Below are positions 33,486-44,675 of a stretch of DNA of 64,000 bases, piece after piece. Within the stretch, counting starts at the first letter, position 1. Each line of letters begins with the position of its first letter. The position numbers were made by a program, and so were the translations under genes. A model generated the notes under the pieces. That model was not told where the DNA came from. It was given only the letters and a program-made list of their open reading frames with translations, and searched no databases. This DNA is from TPA_inf: Saccharomyces. Its lineage: Eukaryota. Location: assembly GCA_000146045.2 (NCBI GenBank), contig BK006945.2:64001-128000 (forward strand), in the 5' to 3' direction.

Positions 33486-33689
33486 TGTATAAATATTTCT
33501 GTATAAAATCTGCTTGATCTGTTGGAATTAATCAATTGAAGAATAGAAGTAACTTAAATAAGAGAGTATTATATTTTCAACATTTTTTGGAGAAAACCCA
33601 GCCCAATTGCGGCTTATATATAACAATTCGTCCACACCTTCCCATAGTGCTTAAGAATGAAATTTCGTCAAAACCTCGAAGCTTTTTTT

Positions 33690-33770
33690 TTCGAAATCTT
33701 CGATGGAATGTTCTAGAAAAAAACTTCGAGAAAGTGAATCGGAAGAACTTCTCGGAAAAAAAAGCTTCGG
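33690..33770. promoter_or_regulatory. Cluster of heat-shock elements in the SSA2 promoter, 200-290 bp upstream of the ATG
   Basis: Examples are ...TTCgaaatcTTCgatgGAAtgTTCtaGAAaaaaacTTCgaGAAagtGAAtcgGAAgaacTTCtcgGAA... The densest run is the contiguous GAAtgTTCtaGAA at about 33706-33719. A TATA box (TTATATATAAC) lies at about 33615. Confidence 0.65.
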
Positions 33771-33996
33771 AAATACTACGAATAAGGGCCCAAGAGAGAG
33801 TAAGAATGCAGTGCCATGCAGTCAATTCACCACTGTGAGACCGTAAAAGGGTTGGTTGAGTAACTCAATTCAAGGAATAAAGATATAAAATTGATAAAAA
33901 ATATATAACAAATTGTAACAAAAAGCAAAAGAGAGGAGTGGAATGTTATACAAAGTAATTAGAAGGTATTGAACTTGTAAAAAGTAATAATAAAAC

Positions 33997-34836
33997 TCAA
34001 TTCTGCTTCTTGGTCACTTGTGGGGCACCGCTTAAGCGGTACTCAGACAAGCGGATCAAGCTCATTTTAATTGCATTATAAGCTCTTTTGACGAATGGTG
34101 GGATAGATGGGTGGCTTATGATCCCGTCCATTCTAACTCTCCATTGAGCAAAGGCGGCTTTCATGTACTTGGAGTTTTCGTATCTTAACTTAATAAAGAT
34201 GGCGTACACAACAAGTATGATCCAAGACCTTTGGAAGCACAGAATGGCTCTGAAAAGGACCAAAATGAAAATAAGCAGCTCAGCAGTACCGACCCAGTGC
34301 ATGCACAAGTCATTGTACTGAACAACAAACTTGTCGATGAAGCTGAGGATCTTACTTGAATCTTTACTGGAAAGGTGGAAGACTTTTGGTAAGAGAACTT
34401 TTTCAACGTAGATTAAAACATGGAATACAGCAAACGCGAAAAATGGGATTAAGCTGAATGAAAATCTTGGAGTGAACAACCAGAAGTTGGCCAAAACCAA
34501 ATAAAGCACGTCTTCACTCTTTAGGAGTCCAGCAACGCGTGATTTTATGGAAGCCTTAGTGGCAGCGGCATCTTGAGTCTGCAATGGTTCATTGCGGGTG
34601 AAAAATTGCTGGTAAATGATGATACCGAAAGATTCGATGACACCGAGATATGCCGATCTGTAATAAAATTCTGACATCTTGAGCAGGTAAAGAATGGAGC
34701 TGATCAATACGACGGAATGACCGGTAAACCATGCAAACTGCAAGCTCTTGGCTACTGCCATGAACCTTTGCACGAGCGACTTATCTCTGGCAGGGAGGTT
34801 TGGGGGGCCTTGGTTATTAGCGGGTCTTGATGACAT
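33997..34836 (-). CDS. POM33: Nuclear-pore and ER transmembrane protein (TMEM33 family), 279 aa
   Basis: The ORF is 279 aa with multiple hydrophobic segments. Length and position match POM33/YLL023C. Confidence 0.88.
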   Translation of the reverse strand: MSSRPANNQGPPNLPARDKSLVQRFMAVAKSLQFAWFTGHSVVLISSILYLLKMSEFYYRSAYLGVIESFGIIIYQQFFTRNEPLQTQDAAATKASIKSRVAGLLKSEDVLYLVLANFWLFTPRFSFSLIPFFAFAVFHVLIYVEKVLLPKVFHLSSKDSSKILSFIDKFVVQYNDLCMHWVGTAELLIFILVLFRAILCFQRSWIILVVYAIFIKLRYENSKYMKAAFAQWRVRMDGIISHPSIPPFVKRAYNAIKMSLIRLSEYRLSGAPQVTKKQN

Positions 34837-35043
34837 TATACTGACTATTCTTGGCTAGTGTTTCTTGCTCCTTATGAATAGAGAAAAATGACTTTTTTTA
34901 GATGTAGTAAGTATGTCATTTCAGGGATGGTCTGCTTGCTCTTTAAATATTTTTTCACCCTTTTAAAATGGGGCCCTTTCGCCGTACCAAAGAAGGAGAA
35001 ATATACATTACGTATGTAGGTTGCTACATTTTACACAAAACTA

Positions 35044-36201
35044 TCAATGCCTTCTAGGCTTCTTCTTGACCAGTTGAGAGAGATCATTGAAGTCACCAAG
35101 GGGCTTTTCGAGGGCGGGGAAGCCGATGGAGGTCGTGGGCTGCGAAAGAGGCCTCTTGGAGCCGTGCTGCTGATTTTCTTGCACCTCATCAATATCGTCT
35201 TGAATCTGTGCGAGCCTTGCCTGCTGTAACTCGCTGTCCTTGGGTCTTGTAGTCATGTGTTTTTCAAGCAGAGCCTTGGCATGCTTGAATCTTTTTAGTT
35301 TGTCCTTAGCCGGCACCTGATCAACCCACCTTAAAGCATCACACACCAAAAATTCTGCTTGTATCACCTTCTCAGTTACTTGTTCTGCGGGTTTCAAGGT
35401 CTTGTAATAGCCAAGCGCCTTCAAGTAATGATGAATGGCTCTACTGAACATCTCCGCCTCCCTTTCGATGTCACCCATCAGGATATACACATCACCGATG
35501 CGCAATCTGCTGTTCTCGGTTAGAGATTGGCCATCTGCTGTAGGGCGGCCCAACAGCATCAAGGCCTGCGCCAGTAGGTCCAAAGCATTCTCATACAGAT
35601 CATTTTCAAAGTAAATGTGGAAACCAGACTTGCGAAGTTGCGATACGTCTTCAATTTCATCGTCATGTTCATTCGCTGGACTGAAGTTAGCCAATTCGTG
35701 CAAAGCTAAGCGTTCTTCCTCTTTCTCCACGTTTTCTTCCTCTTCTTCGCTACCTTCGCCACTGTCCTCACTATCACCACTGTCGACATCACCAGTCAAG
35801 TCTTCCTCTTCTTGGTCGAATTGGAACATCCTAGAATTAGGAATTTCTGTTTGACCGTTCTCGTTCCCCTCTTCTCCATTGCTCACATCAGACTCAGGCT
35901 CAGACTCAGACTCAGACCCAGATCCATCGTCACCTGCCAGAAGAGCGTCCCCAAACAGATTACCAGAATTCTGTACTTCCATGTTGTATACAGCTTGTGC
36001 GAATATAGTAAACAGTTCAGGATCAGGCAACAAACCATCTTTTGGGAGAGAGTCCAAAGTTTGTTGGCAGCGTTTAGCAGCTTCTAAGAACTTTTTCTGT
36101 GCGAGTAAATCTTTTGCAATTTGAACCTGTCTTTCCATATCAATTTGAACTTTATGTCTGCTAGTTCCGTTTGCCAACACGTCTTCTGCCCTTAGTTTCA
36201 T
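35044..36201 (-). CDS. HIF1: Hat1-interacting histone H3/H4 chaperone (SHNi-TPR/NASP family), 385 aa
   Basis: The ORF is 385 aa with TPR-like helices interrupted by a long acidic Asp/Glu/Ser-rich stretch. Length matches HIF1. Confidence 0.85.
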   Translation of the reverse strand: MKLRAEDVLANGTSRHKVQIDMERQVQIAKDLLAQKKFLEAAKRCQQTLDSLPKDGLLPDPELFTIFAQAVYNMEVQNSGNLFGDALLAGDDGSGSESESEPESDVSNGEEGNENGQTEIPNSRMFQFDQEEEDLTGDVDSGDSEDSGEGSEEEEENVEKEEERLALHELANFSPANEHDDEIEDVSQLRKSGFHIYFENDLYENALDLLAQALMLLGRPTADGQSLTENSRLRIGDVYILMGDIEREAEMFSRAIHHYLKALGYYKTLKPAEQVTEKVIQAEFLVCDALRWVDQVPAKDKLKRFKHAKALLEKHMTTRPKDSELQQARLAQIQDDIDEVQENQQHGSKRPLSQPTTSIGFPALEKPLGDFNDLSQLVKKKPRRH

Positions 36202-36946
36202 ATTCTGTTACTTCTAGAAGGAGACCTCATCGCCGATGTTACCTCAAAATTGAGTAGAATGAAATAATACAAAATTGGAAAAAACGCGAAACTTCAGTGC
36301 AGTAACATATCGTTCCGACATTCTCTGAGAAGTGGTAAGATTCCACTGCCGGGGAGCTACGAGTGCTCTTGCAAGTTTTTAGACACTGCTATATCCTTCG
36401 ACTACGTAACCCCATTTTTTTATTTTTCTATATAAAAACATGCACTGTATACATATAATCACGTAAGTTCAAGTCGTGCTTAAAACGGGCACAGAAAACT
36501 AACTATGAGTTGCCGTACCATACATAAACTAGGAGAAGGTAGCGCAGTTCTTTTTTTTTACCAAAGGTTTGCACAAAAAAGATGGTCTAACGTAAGTAAG
36601 TTATCAATAAAACTGTTAAAAGTAGTATAAGAATCTTGAGATAGGCTTATTATTATGACTTTTTATGGCGGAAAAGGAAGAAGAAATACTGCGCCGGGTG
36701 ATGCGTGACGCGTTTTTGGAAACGATGAGAATAAACTTTGAAGTATTTTGAGAATAATATTCTATTATCGAGTTCTTTCAGCAGAAAGCAACACATAGCT
36801 ACGTATAGTTCGGTAAGATAAATTTGGTCAGAAGCGTGTGAAAGACGCTGAGAAACCACGTGAGACGAAGATTCAAATCAAGGCGTGAGGAATAACGCAA
36901 TACGAGCCACCGAAACAGAATAAACAAAAGAAAAGAAAGAGTAAAC

Positions 36947-39900
36947 ATGGGTACGTCAAGCGAGGTTTCTCTCGCACATCATAGAGATATCTTCCATTAC
37001 TACGTCTCACTGAAGACTTTTTTCGAGGTGACTGGCGAAAATCGTGACAGGTCAAATTCGACACGAGCTCAAAAGGCCAGAGCCAAGCTGTTGAAGCTAT
37101 CTTCTTCGCAATTTTACGAGCTGAGTACAGACGTGTCCGATGAGCTGCAGAGGAGAATCGGTGAAGATGCTAACCAACCAGATTACCTTTTGCCGAAGGC
37201 AAATTTCCACATGAAAAGGAACCAGGCTAGACAGAAACTGGCCAATCTATCACAAACTCGATTTAATGATTTGTTGGACGATATCCTTTTTGAGATCAAG
37301 AGAAGAGGGTTCGACAAGGATTTGGATGCTCCACGGCCCCCATTACCGCAGCCGATGAAACAAGAGGTCAGCAAAGACAGCGATGATACTGCAAGAACAT
37401 CCACAAATTCTTCCTCTGTGACTCAAGTAGCTCCAAACGTCTCCGTACAACCTTCTTTGGTCATTCCTAAGATGGCATCTATCGATTGGTCTTCTGAGGA
37501 AGAAGAAGAGGAGCAAGTAAAGGAGAAGCCAAATGAACCGGAGGGAAAACAAACAAGCATGGATGAAAAGAAAGAGGCTAAACCTGCTCTAAACCCCATA
37601 GTTACAGATTCTGATCTGCCTGACTCCCAAGTGCTCGCTCGTGATATCACATCAATGGCAAGGACTCCAACAACGACGCATAAAAATTACTGGGACGTTA
37701 ATGATTCTCCAATTATCAAGGTAGATAAAGATATCGATAACGAAAAGGGTCCCGAACAGTTGAAGAGCCCTGAAGTACAACGGGCTGAGAACAATAACCC
37801 TAACTCAGAGATGGAAGACAAGGTTAAAGAACTGACTGATTTAAACAGCGACTTACATTTGCAAATTGAAGATTTGAATGCTAAGTTAGCATCTTTAACC
37901 AGCGAGAAGGAAAAGGAGAAGAAGGAAGAGAAGGAGGAAAAAGAAAAGGAAAAGAACTTAAAGATTAACTACACCATTGATGAAAGTTTTCAGAAAGAAT
38001 TGCTGTCATTAAACTCTCAAATCGGTGAATTATCAATTGAGAATGAAAATTTGAAGCAGAAAATTTCAGAATTCGAACTGCATCAAAAAAAGAATGACAA
38101 CCATAATGATTTGAAAATCACTGACGGTTTTATTAGCAAGTACTCTTCTGCCGATGGGCTCATTCCAGCTCAATACATCTTAAACGCTAACAACTTGATA
38201 ATTCAATTTACTACTAGGCTTTCCGCAGTACCCATAGGCGACTCCACGGCAATTTCCCATCAAATTGGCGAAGAGTTATTTCAAATATTATCCCAGTTAT
38301 CGAACCTAATCTCCCAGCTATTACTATCGGCCGACCTATTACAGTACAAAGATCAGGTCATTTTACTGAAGGCATCATTATCGCATGCGATCACATCGAT
38401 AAGATATTTCTCTGTTTACGGTCCCGTATTAATTCCGAAAATAACTGTGCAAGCTGCTGTTTCAGAGGTTTGTTTTGCCATGTGTAATCTAATTGATTCA
38501 GCGAAAATAAAATCCGATTCAAATGGTGAGAGCACCACCTCTAATGAAGGTAACCGACAGGTATTAGAATATTCTTCACCAACTGCTACCACCCCAATGA
38601 CGCCAACTTTCCCCTCGACTTCTGGAATAAATATGAAGAAGGGGTTTATAAACCCAAGAAAACCAGCATCTTTCTTGAATGATGTGGAGGAAGAAGAATC
38701 TCCAGTCAAGCCATTGAAAATTACACAAAAGGCAATTAACAGTCCGATCATAAGACCGTCATCGTCTAATGGAGTTCCAACAACCTCAAGAAAACCTTCA
38801 GGAACGGGGCTATTTAGTTTAATGATTGATTCATCAATTGCTAAGAATAGCTCCCATAAAGAGGATAATGATAAATATGTCTCGCCCATAAAGGCAGTAA
38901 CATCGGCCTCCAATTCTGCAAGTAGCAATATTTCCGAAATTCCTAAACTAACACTACCTCCACAAGCCAAAATCGGTACTGTTATTCCACCGTCAGAGAA
39001 TCAAGTTCCCAATATTAAAATCGAGAATACAGAAGAGGATAATAAAAGGAGTGACATAACAAATGAAATCTCTGTTAAACCAACTTCTAGCATTGCTGAT
39101 AAACTGAAACAATTTGAGCAAAGTTCCGAAAAGAAATCATCACCAAAGGAAAATCCTATAGCAAAAGAAGAAATGGATTCAAAACCAAAACTATCCAATA
39201 AATTTATCACTTCAATGAATGATGTGTCCACAGATGATTCAAGCTCTGATGGTAACGAAAATGACGATGCAGACGATGATGATGATTTTACCTATATGGC
39301 ATTGAAACAAACAATGAAGAGAGAAGGTTCAAAAATTGAAAAAAATAATGACAGCAAACTACCTGCAAATATAGTGGAACTTGATTTACATGAGTCACCG
39401 GAGTCCGTGAAGATTGAATCTCCTGAATCGATAAAGGAAATCACGTCATCTGAAATGTCTTCAGAAATGCCAAGTAGTTCGCTGCCTAAGAGATTAGTAG
39501 AGGATGTTGAGCCTTCAGAAATGCCAGAGAAGGGCGCATCTGTAGAATCAGTCAGGAAGAAAAATTTTCAAGAACCACTTGGTAATGTCGAATCTCCGGA
39601 TATGACGCAGAAGGTCAAGTCTTTGGGTATGACAGGAAAGGCTGTAGGCCCAGAATCAGATAGTAGGGTCGAATCTCCGGGCATGACAGGACAGATTAAA
39701 TCTTTGAATATGGCAGGAAAAGTTGTAGGCCCAGAAGCAGATAGTAGGGTCGAATCTCCGGGCATGAAAGAGCAGATTAAGTCTTTGGGTATGACAGGAA
39801 AAATTACAGCTCAAGAATCAATCAAGTCCCCGGAAGCGGCTAGGAAGTTGGCGTCATCAGGAGAAGTTGACAAAATTGAATCTCCAAGAATGGTAAGGGA

Positions 39901-41347
39901 AAGCGAGTCCTTGGAGGCAGTAGGCAATACTATCCCCTCAAACATGACAGTGAAAATGGAATCCCCAAATTTAAAGGGAAATACTGTGTCTGAACCTCAA
40001 GAAATAAGGAGAGACATTGCCTCCTCAGAGCCGATAGAGAATGTTGACCCCCCAAAAGTACTAAAAAAGATTGTCTTTCCAAAGGCTGTTAATAGAACTG
40101 GATCACCAAAATCAGTCGAAAAGACTCCATCTTCAGCTACACTGAAAAAGAGCGGGCTCCCAGAACCGAATAGCCAAATTGTTTCTCCTGAATTGGCAAA
40201 AAATTCACCTCTAGCACCGATAAAGAAAAATGTCGAGTTACGAGAAACTAATAAACCACATACTGAGACTATCACTTCTGTGGAACCAACAAACAAGGAT
40301 GCCAATACTTCTTGGAGAGACGCCGACTTAAACCGTACGATCAAACGAGAGGAGGAGGACGAAGATTTTGATAGAGTGAACCACAATATCCAGATCACTG
40401 GTGCATATACGAAAACTGGAAAAATTGATTATCATAAAATACCTGTTGATCGTAAAGCAAAAAGCGAAGCAGAAGTGCATACTTCCGAGGAAGATATTGA
40501 TGAATCAAATAATGTTAATGGAAAAAGAGCTGATGCCCAAATACACATCACTGAAAGAAAGCATGCTTTCGTAAATCCAACTGAAAATTCACAGGTAAAA
40601 AAGACGAGCCACTCACCATTTTTAAACAGTAAACCGGTTCAATACGAGAACTCAGAGTCGAACGGCGGCATTAACAACCACATAAAGATAAAAAATACTG
40701 GAGAAACTACGGCACATGACGAGAAACATTATAGTGATGATGATGATTCTAGCTATCAATTTGTTCCCATGAAACATGAAGAACAAGAACAAGAACAAAA
40801 CAGAAGTGAGGAAGAGGAAAGTGAAGATGACGATGAAGAGGAAGAAGACAGTGATTTTGATGTGGATACATTTGACATTGAAAATCCGGATAATACACTA
40901 TCAGAGTTACTATTGTATTTAGAACATCAAACAATGGACGTCATATCCACGATTCAATCGCTTTTGACATCGATCAAGAAACCACAGGTGACGAAGGGTA
41001 ATTTGAGGGGAGAATCGAATGCAATCAACCAAGTCATAGGTCAAATGGTGGACGCTACTAGCATATCAATGGAGCAAAGCAGAAATGCCAATTTGAAGAA
41101 ACACGGTGATTGGGTGGTGCAAAGTCTAAGAGACTGTTCGCGTAGAATGACAATTTTGTGCCAATTAACTGGCGATGGAATACTAGCGAAGGAAAAGAGC
41201 GATCAAGATTATGCTGACAAAAACTTCAAACAGCGGTTGGCAGGGATTGCGTTTGATGTTGCCAAATGTACAAAGGAGCTGGTAAAAACTGTAGAAGAGG
41301 CAAGTTTGAAGGACGAAATAAATTATTTGAATTCGAAGTTGAAGTAA
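36947..41347 (+). CDS. SPA2: Polarisome scaffold protein, 1466 aa
   Basis: The ORF is 1466 aa. It has an N-terminal Spa2-homology domain, coiled coils, a central internal repeat region and a C-terminal conserved domain. Length matches SPA2. Confidence 0.93.
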   Translation: MGTSSEVSLAHHRDIFHYYVSLKTFFEVTGENRDRSNSTRAQKARAKLLKLSSSQFYELSTDVSDELQRRIGEDANQPDYLLPKANFHMKRNQARQKLANLSQTRFNDLLDDILFEIKRRGFDKDLDAPRPPLPQPMKQEVSKDSDDTARTSTNSSSVTQVAPNVSVQPSLVIPKMASIDWSSEEEEEEQVKEKPNEPEGKQTSMDEKKEAKPALNPIVTDSDLPDSQVLARDITSMARTPTTTHKNYWDVNDSPIIKVDKDIDNEKGPEQLKSPEVQRAENNNPNSEMEDKVKELTDLNSDLHLQIEDLNAKLASLTSEKEKEKKEEKEEKEKEKNLKINYTIDESFQKELLSLNSQIGELSIENENLKQKISEFELHQKKNDNHNDLKITDGFISKYSSADGLIPAQYILNANNLIIQFTTRLSAVPIGDSTAISHQIGEELFQILSQLSNLISQLLLSADLLQYKDQVILLKASLSHAITSIRYFSVYGPVLIPKITVQAAVSEVCFAMCNLIDSAKIKSDSNGESTTSNEGNRQVLEYSSPTATTPMTPTFPSTSGINMKKGFINPRKPASFLNDVEEEESPVKPLKITQKAINSPIIRPSSSNGVPTTSRKPSGTGLFSLMIDSSIAKNSSHKEDNDKYVSPIKAVTSASNSASSNISEIPKLTLPPQAKIGTVIPPSENQVPNIKIENTEEDNKRSDITNEISVKPTSSIADKLKQFEQSSEKKSSPKENPIAKEEMDSKPKLSNKFITSMNDVSTDDSSSDGNENDDADDDDDFTYMALKQTMKREGSKIEKNNDSKLPANIVELDLHESPESVKIESPESIKEITSSEMSSEMPSSSLPKRLVEDVEPSEMPEKGASVESVRKKNFQEPLGNVESPDMTQKVKSLGMTGKAVGPESDSRVESPGMTGQIKSLNMAGKVVGPEADSRVESPGMKEQIKSLGMTGKITAQESIKSPEAARKLASSGEVDKIESPRMVRESESLEAVGNTIPSNMTVKMESPNLKGNTVSEPQEIRRDIASSEPIENVDPPKVLKKIVFPKAVNRTGSPKSVEKTPSSATLKKSGLPEPNSQIVSPELAKNSPLAPIKKNVELRETNKPHTETITSVEPTNKDANTSWRDADLNRTIKREEEDEDFDRVNHNIQITGAYTKTGKIDYHKIPVDRKAKSEAEVHTSEEDIDESNNVNGKRADAQIHITERKHAFVNPTENSQVKKTSHSPFLNSKPVQYENSESNGGINNHIKIKNTGETTAHDEKHYSDDDDSSYQFVPMKHEEQEQEQNRSEEEESEDDDEEEEDSDFDVDTFDIENPDNTLSELLLYLEHQTMDVISTIQSLLTSIKKPQVTKGNLRGESNAINQVIGQMVDATSISMEQSRNANLKKHGDWVVQSLRDCSRRMTILCQLTGDGILAKEKSDQDYADKNFKQRLAGIAFDVAKCTKELVKTVEEASLKDEINYLNSKLK
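39587..39830 (+). repeat. About 3 copies of an 81-bp (27-aa) in-frame tandem repeat within SPA2
   Basis: The unit gtcgaatctccgg(a/g)(t/c)atgac...aa(g/a)tctttg(g/a)(g/a)tatg(a/g)caggaaa(g/a)g(c/t)tgtaggcccagaa(t/g)cagatagtaggg recurs at 39587, 39668 and 39749, with partial copies either side. It encodes ESPGMTGQIKSLxMxGKxVGPExDSRV. It explains the spurious minus-strand ORF 39568..39765. Confidence 0.85.
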
Positions 41348-41685
41348 AGTTAGTAGTATCTAGAGGAGAAAGAAAAGGAAGACAAAGACAATCAATAGAA
41401 TGTATTATGTATGACATATAATAATAATAATTATAATAATAATAATAATAGTAGTAGCAGTAATAATAATATTATTATAGTATATTAAAACAACAAAAAA
41501 TTAGTAAAAATACTATAAATGTTTGAATATGAAGATATATATGTAGGAAGAATTTTTATTGAATATAGAAATTTAAAGAAATATTATTAAAAACCGGAAA
41601 ATGAAAAAGAAGAGTTAAAAAAAAAAAAAACGGAACTAGTAAAAGATGTGAAAAAAAGAAGAGAAAAGTAGAACGAGAACACCCA

Positions 41686-43899
41686 CTATCCTTGGGTATT
41701 ATTATAAGTTGCAATACCATCATCCAGTATGCCCAGATTAAACCATTCATGGTCCAGAGCGTCCTTTGCGGTAATCCTTTTTGTTGGGTCGAACTCAAAC
41801 ATTTTCCTGAGTAGATCGATGAACCAGTACCAAAACAAGAAAGTTTCCTTATCGAGTTCATCAGTAGTTGAGGAAGAAGAGGAATGTGTTTGTCTTTTCC
41901 ATGCCAATTTCGAATTTATCAAAGACCAGTTTTTCTCCGGCGGTAGATTCCAATTGATGCTTAAGCTATCGCCGTAATCCTGTTTCAAGACCTTTGAGAT
42001 GTAAATATCTAAGCGATCACATGACTGCAAGACCCTTTTCATTGACTTTTCGGTGGTTATGGTATCTCCGCGTTTATTTTTTTCAGGCCATTGTAAGCTT
42101 AAAGTTTTTCTGTCGAAATGCTTTATCACCGTTGAATTTAGGTCTGATGGAGAGTTGCCCAATTTATGTTTAGATTTGTAAAACATCTTATCAATAATGT
42201 CTGTGGGGAAAGGGGTTCCATTGATTCGTTGCATCATAGCCATATGTTCTAGATTTTCATGAATGGGGTAAAGAGATTCGCCAATAACCAGTTCTACTAG
42301 GACACACGCGATGGACCAAATGTCGCAGGGGAACGACCAGCCCAAGCCAAGGACAATTTCCGGGGCTCTATAGTGACGAGTGGATATTACAGGAGGATGA
42401 TATTCGTAATGGAAAATTGCGCTACCGAAATCAATGATTTTGATTTCTGGATTTTTCAAGATTTTGCGCTTCCCCTTACTGGCTTCACGGCGTCTCTTGC
42501 TTAGCGACTGTACGGTTTTCAAAGGCAATTTTTGAGCAATATGGGTTTCGTCACAAATCAGGATATTTTCTGGTTTCAAATCCGTGTGTATTATGCCCAA
42601 ATCGTGCAAGAAGCAGACAGATCTGATTAGCTGTCTGGCAATGGCCTGAATATGAGAGCCGGGGAACCTGGCAATGCCGTTGGAGCACATAAAATCGTAA
42701 ATGGACCTGCCGTATAGATCTGTCACCAAACAAATGTGATTTTTGTAATCGAAGCACTCCCTTAGCAAGAGGCACTGGAACTGACCTTGAGGGTCATTAT
42801 TCAGGATAGTCTGTAGAATTCTTAGTTCTGTTTTGGCGGCTTCTCTATATCTATCTACAGCCCTTATCACTTTTACAGCCACGTAATTAGGTTCATACTT
42901 GTTATCGATGCATTTAAGTACTTTACCAAACGTGCCTTGGCCCAATAGGTCCTTCACAACAAAGCGGCCGCCACTGCCAAATATGTCGTTTTCCTGGTAA
43001 ACGTAGTGACCGTCTTTGTCCGTTTTGAAATTTGATTTATTGGATGATGCGCTTTCTGAAGAGCCGTTTGATGTAAATTTCCGTAGTGAAGAACCAATTT
43101 GTTTCTTGAGGTTGGATTGAGGCAGGGAAGCTATTTGTGCTGGTGGGTTGGAAAAGGGAGAAGTGCTGTGAGCAATCGTGAGATTCACTGCCTTGTTGCC
43201 CTCCAGAGTCTTTGCACACGACCCCGTTAGATGCAACAGCTCATTTTCAGTTTGCGTTACTCTTGGCACGATAGCGTTGGTTTGATCAGGAACATTAAAA
43301 TAGTTCGATTGGTAGCTCAGCTTCGATAGAGGCAACTGAGGCAGTGAGATGGTTCTTTGCTTCTTGAATTTCTTTGGTGTCGTGATATACGTACTATTGC
43401 TTGTAGCTGCGGTACCGCACCCTGGATTATTTGAAGTAACAATATTATTGTTGTTATTGATACTGCTGCTACTAGGCAGAATCAAAGGTGACGAAAACTG
43501 AATTGGCTGCTCTTTGATAAAAATGATGTCATCGTCAGCATCCTCGTCCACTCGACTACTGTTATGATTATTACTGTTATTGATTGTGGTGTTAATGATA
43601 CGCGGCTCCTCGTCTAGTTCTATGGCATTTTCATTGTCCAAGAACAACTGGTGTTGGTGTTGCCGAGGACGGAGCGGATTGTCTGCTTGATTCAGGTCTA
43701 GACTGTTCCTCAGATTGTCTGTTAGAAAAGAATTTTGCCGAGCAAACATCTCGTCCAGCAGCTTGTTTGTGCGCGTTTCTTCGAAATTATCCAAAAAGGT
43801 CTTGTTAGAGCTTGTATTGTTAGCAGGGCCCGTAGTAGTGGAATTATTCATATTTGCTCTTGAACGTTTTCTAGTGCCAATTTGAATATTCTGTGACAT
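41686..43899 (-). CDS. KNS1: LAMMER/CLK-family dual-specificity protein kinase, 737 aa from the first ATG
   Basis: The tracked ORF 41686..43926 starts at TTG. The first ATG (MSQNIQIGTRKR...) gives 737 aa, matching KNS1. The kinase domain has HTDLKPENIL and DFGSA, and an EHLAMMQRI LAMMER-like motif. Confidence 0.9.
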   Translation of the reverse strand: MSQNIQIGTRKRSRANMNNSTTTGPANNTSSNKTFLDNFEETRTNKLLDEMFARQNSFLTDNLRNSLDLNQADNPLRPRQHQHQLFLDNENAIELDEEPRIINTTINNSNNHNSSRVDEDADDDIIFIKEQPIQFSSPLILPSSSSINNNNNIVTSNNPGCGTAATSNSTYITTPKKFKKQRTISLPQLPLSKLSYQSNYFNVPDQTNAIVPRVTQTENELLHLTGSCAKTLEGNKAVNLTIAHSTSPFSNPPAQIASLPQSNLKKQIGSSLRKFTSNGSSESASSNKSNFKTDKDGHYVYQENDIFGSGGRFVVKDLLGQGTFGKVLKCIDNKYEPNYVAVKVIRAVDRYREAAKTELRILQTILNNDPQGQFQCLLLRECFDYKNHICLVTDLYGRSIYDFMCSNGIARFPGSHIQAIARQLIRSVCFLHDLGIIHTDLKPENILICDETHIAQKLPLKTVQSLSKRRREASKGKRKILKNPEIKIIDFGSAIFHYEYHPPVISTRHYRAPEIVLGLGWSFPCDIWSIACVLVELVIGESLYPIHENLEHMAMMQRINGTPFPTDIIDKMFYKSKHKLGNSPSDLNSTVIKHFDRKTLSLQWPEKNKRGDTITTEKSMKRVLQSCDRLDIYISKVLKQDYGDSLSINWNLPPEKNWSLINSKLAWKRQTHSSSSSTTDELDKETFLFWYWFIDLLRKMFEFDPTKRITAKDALDHEWFNLGILDDGIATYNNTQG

Positions 43900-44675
43900 A
43901 ACTAAGGTACGCGGAAGATAAAGCAATAATGAAGAAGAGCAGTATGCGTGTAGATTAGTCTTTGTTGTGCTAAATCTTCGACTTGGTAAATACTATGTTT
44001 CTTTCACTCTTTTTCTGTCTCCCACTTTGTTTCCTTTTTCTTTTTCTTTTTTTTTTTTGGGTTTGCTTGCTATCTGGCGCAGTATTTCGTGAATATAATA
44101 TCTATTTAGTTAGCGTAAGCACGAGGAGTTACTGCACTGTTTCCTTTCACTTGGTGGTGAGGTAACAATACTTTGTAAATCCGGTAGATCTGGGAAGTAA
44201 ATACTAAACTTTATTCTAATATAGGAACTTCATAATATAAAATCCAACGCACGATGCTAGAGATAAAAAAAGAGGGTGGGAGATGTGGAGCCAGGATTCA
44301 AATCGAAAATCGTAATCGGAAACTAAACCAGCATTGCAACCGGGCCATAAGCCATATCGTTAAGCACGCCAAAGCTTTTTCCCTTCGCTGTGTGTTTCCT
44401 CGCAACTTTAACTCCGGCCACTCACTAAGCCAAGGCGTGAGGAGAGAGACTAAAGCTTTGTGGAAAACCGCCCAATCACGCTGACCCCTTTGGCCCGTTT
44501 GCCGCCCCCTAGAAAAAAAAGAAACGGACGGGCCTGGGCCCGCACAGCCTCGAGCAGGGTCACTTCGCGCCATATCGGCGGCTATTTCAAAAAAAGAAGT
44601 TCTTTACCAGTTGTTGTAGAAAGTATGATATTACCAACAGCGTCTAGCTTTTATTCGATATTCCGATGTGGGCGG

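Noticed and set aside
39568-39765. Minus-strand 65-aa ORF inside SPA2 with internally repeated peptide MPGDSTLLS...
   Set aside because: It is produced by the 81-bp tandem repeat in the SPA2 coding strand and is not an independent gene.
41556-41861. 101-aa minus-strand ORF overlapping the 3' end of KNS1 (position of dubious YLL020C), and small ORFs overlapping PRP19 (2496..2942, 2767..2982; position of dubious YLL037W)
   Set aside because: They overlap verified genes in other frames or strands, are hydrophobic or low-complexity, and have no independent support. I treat them as non-coding.
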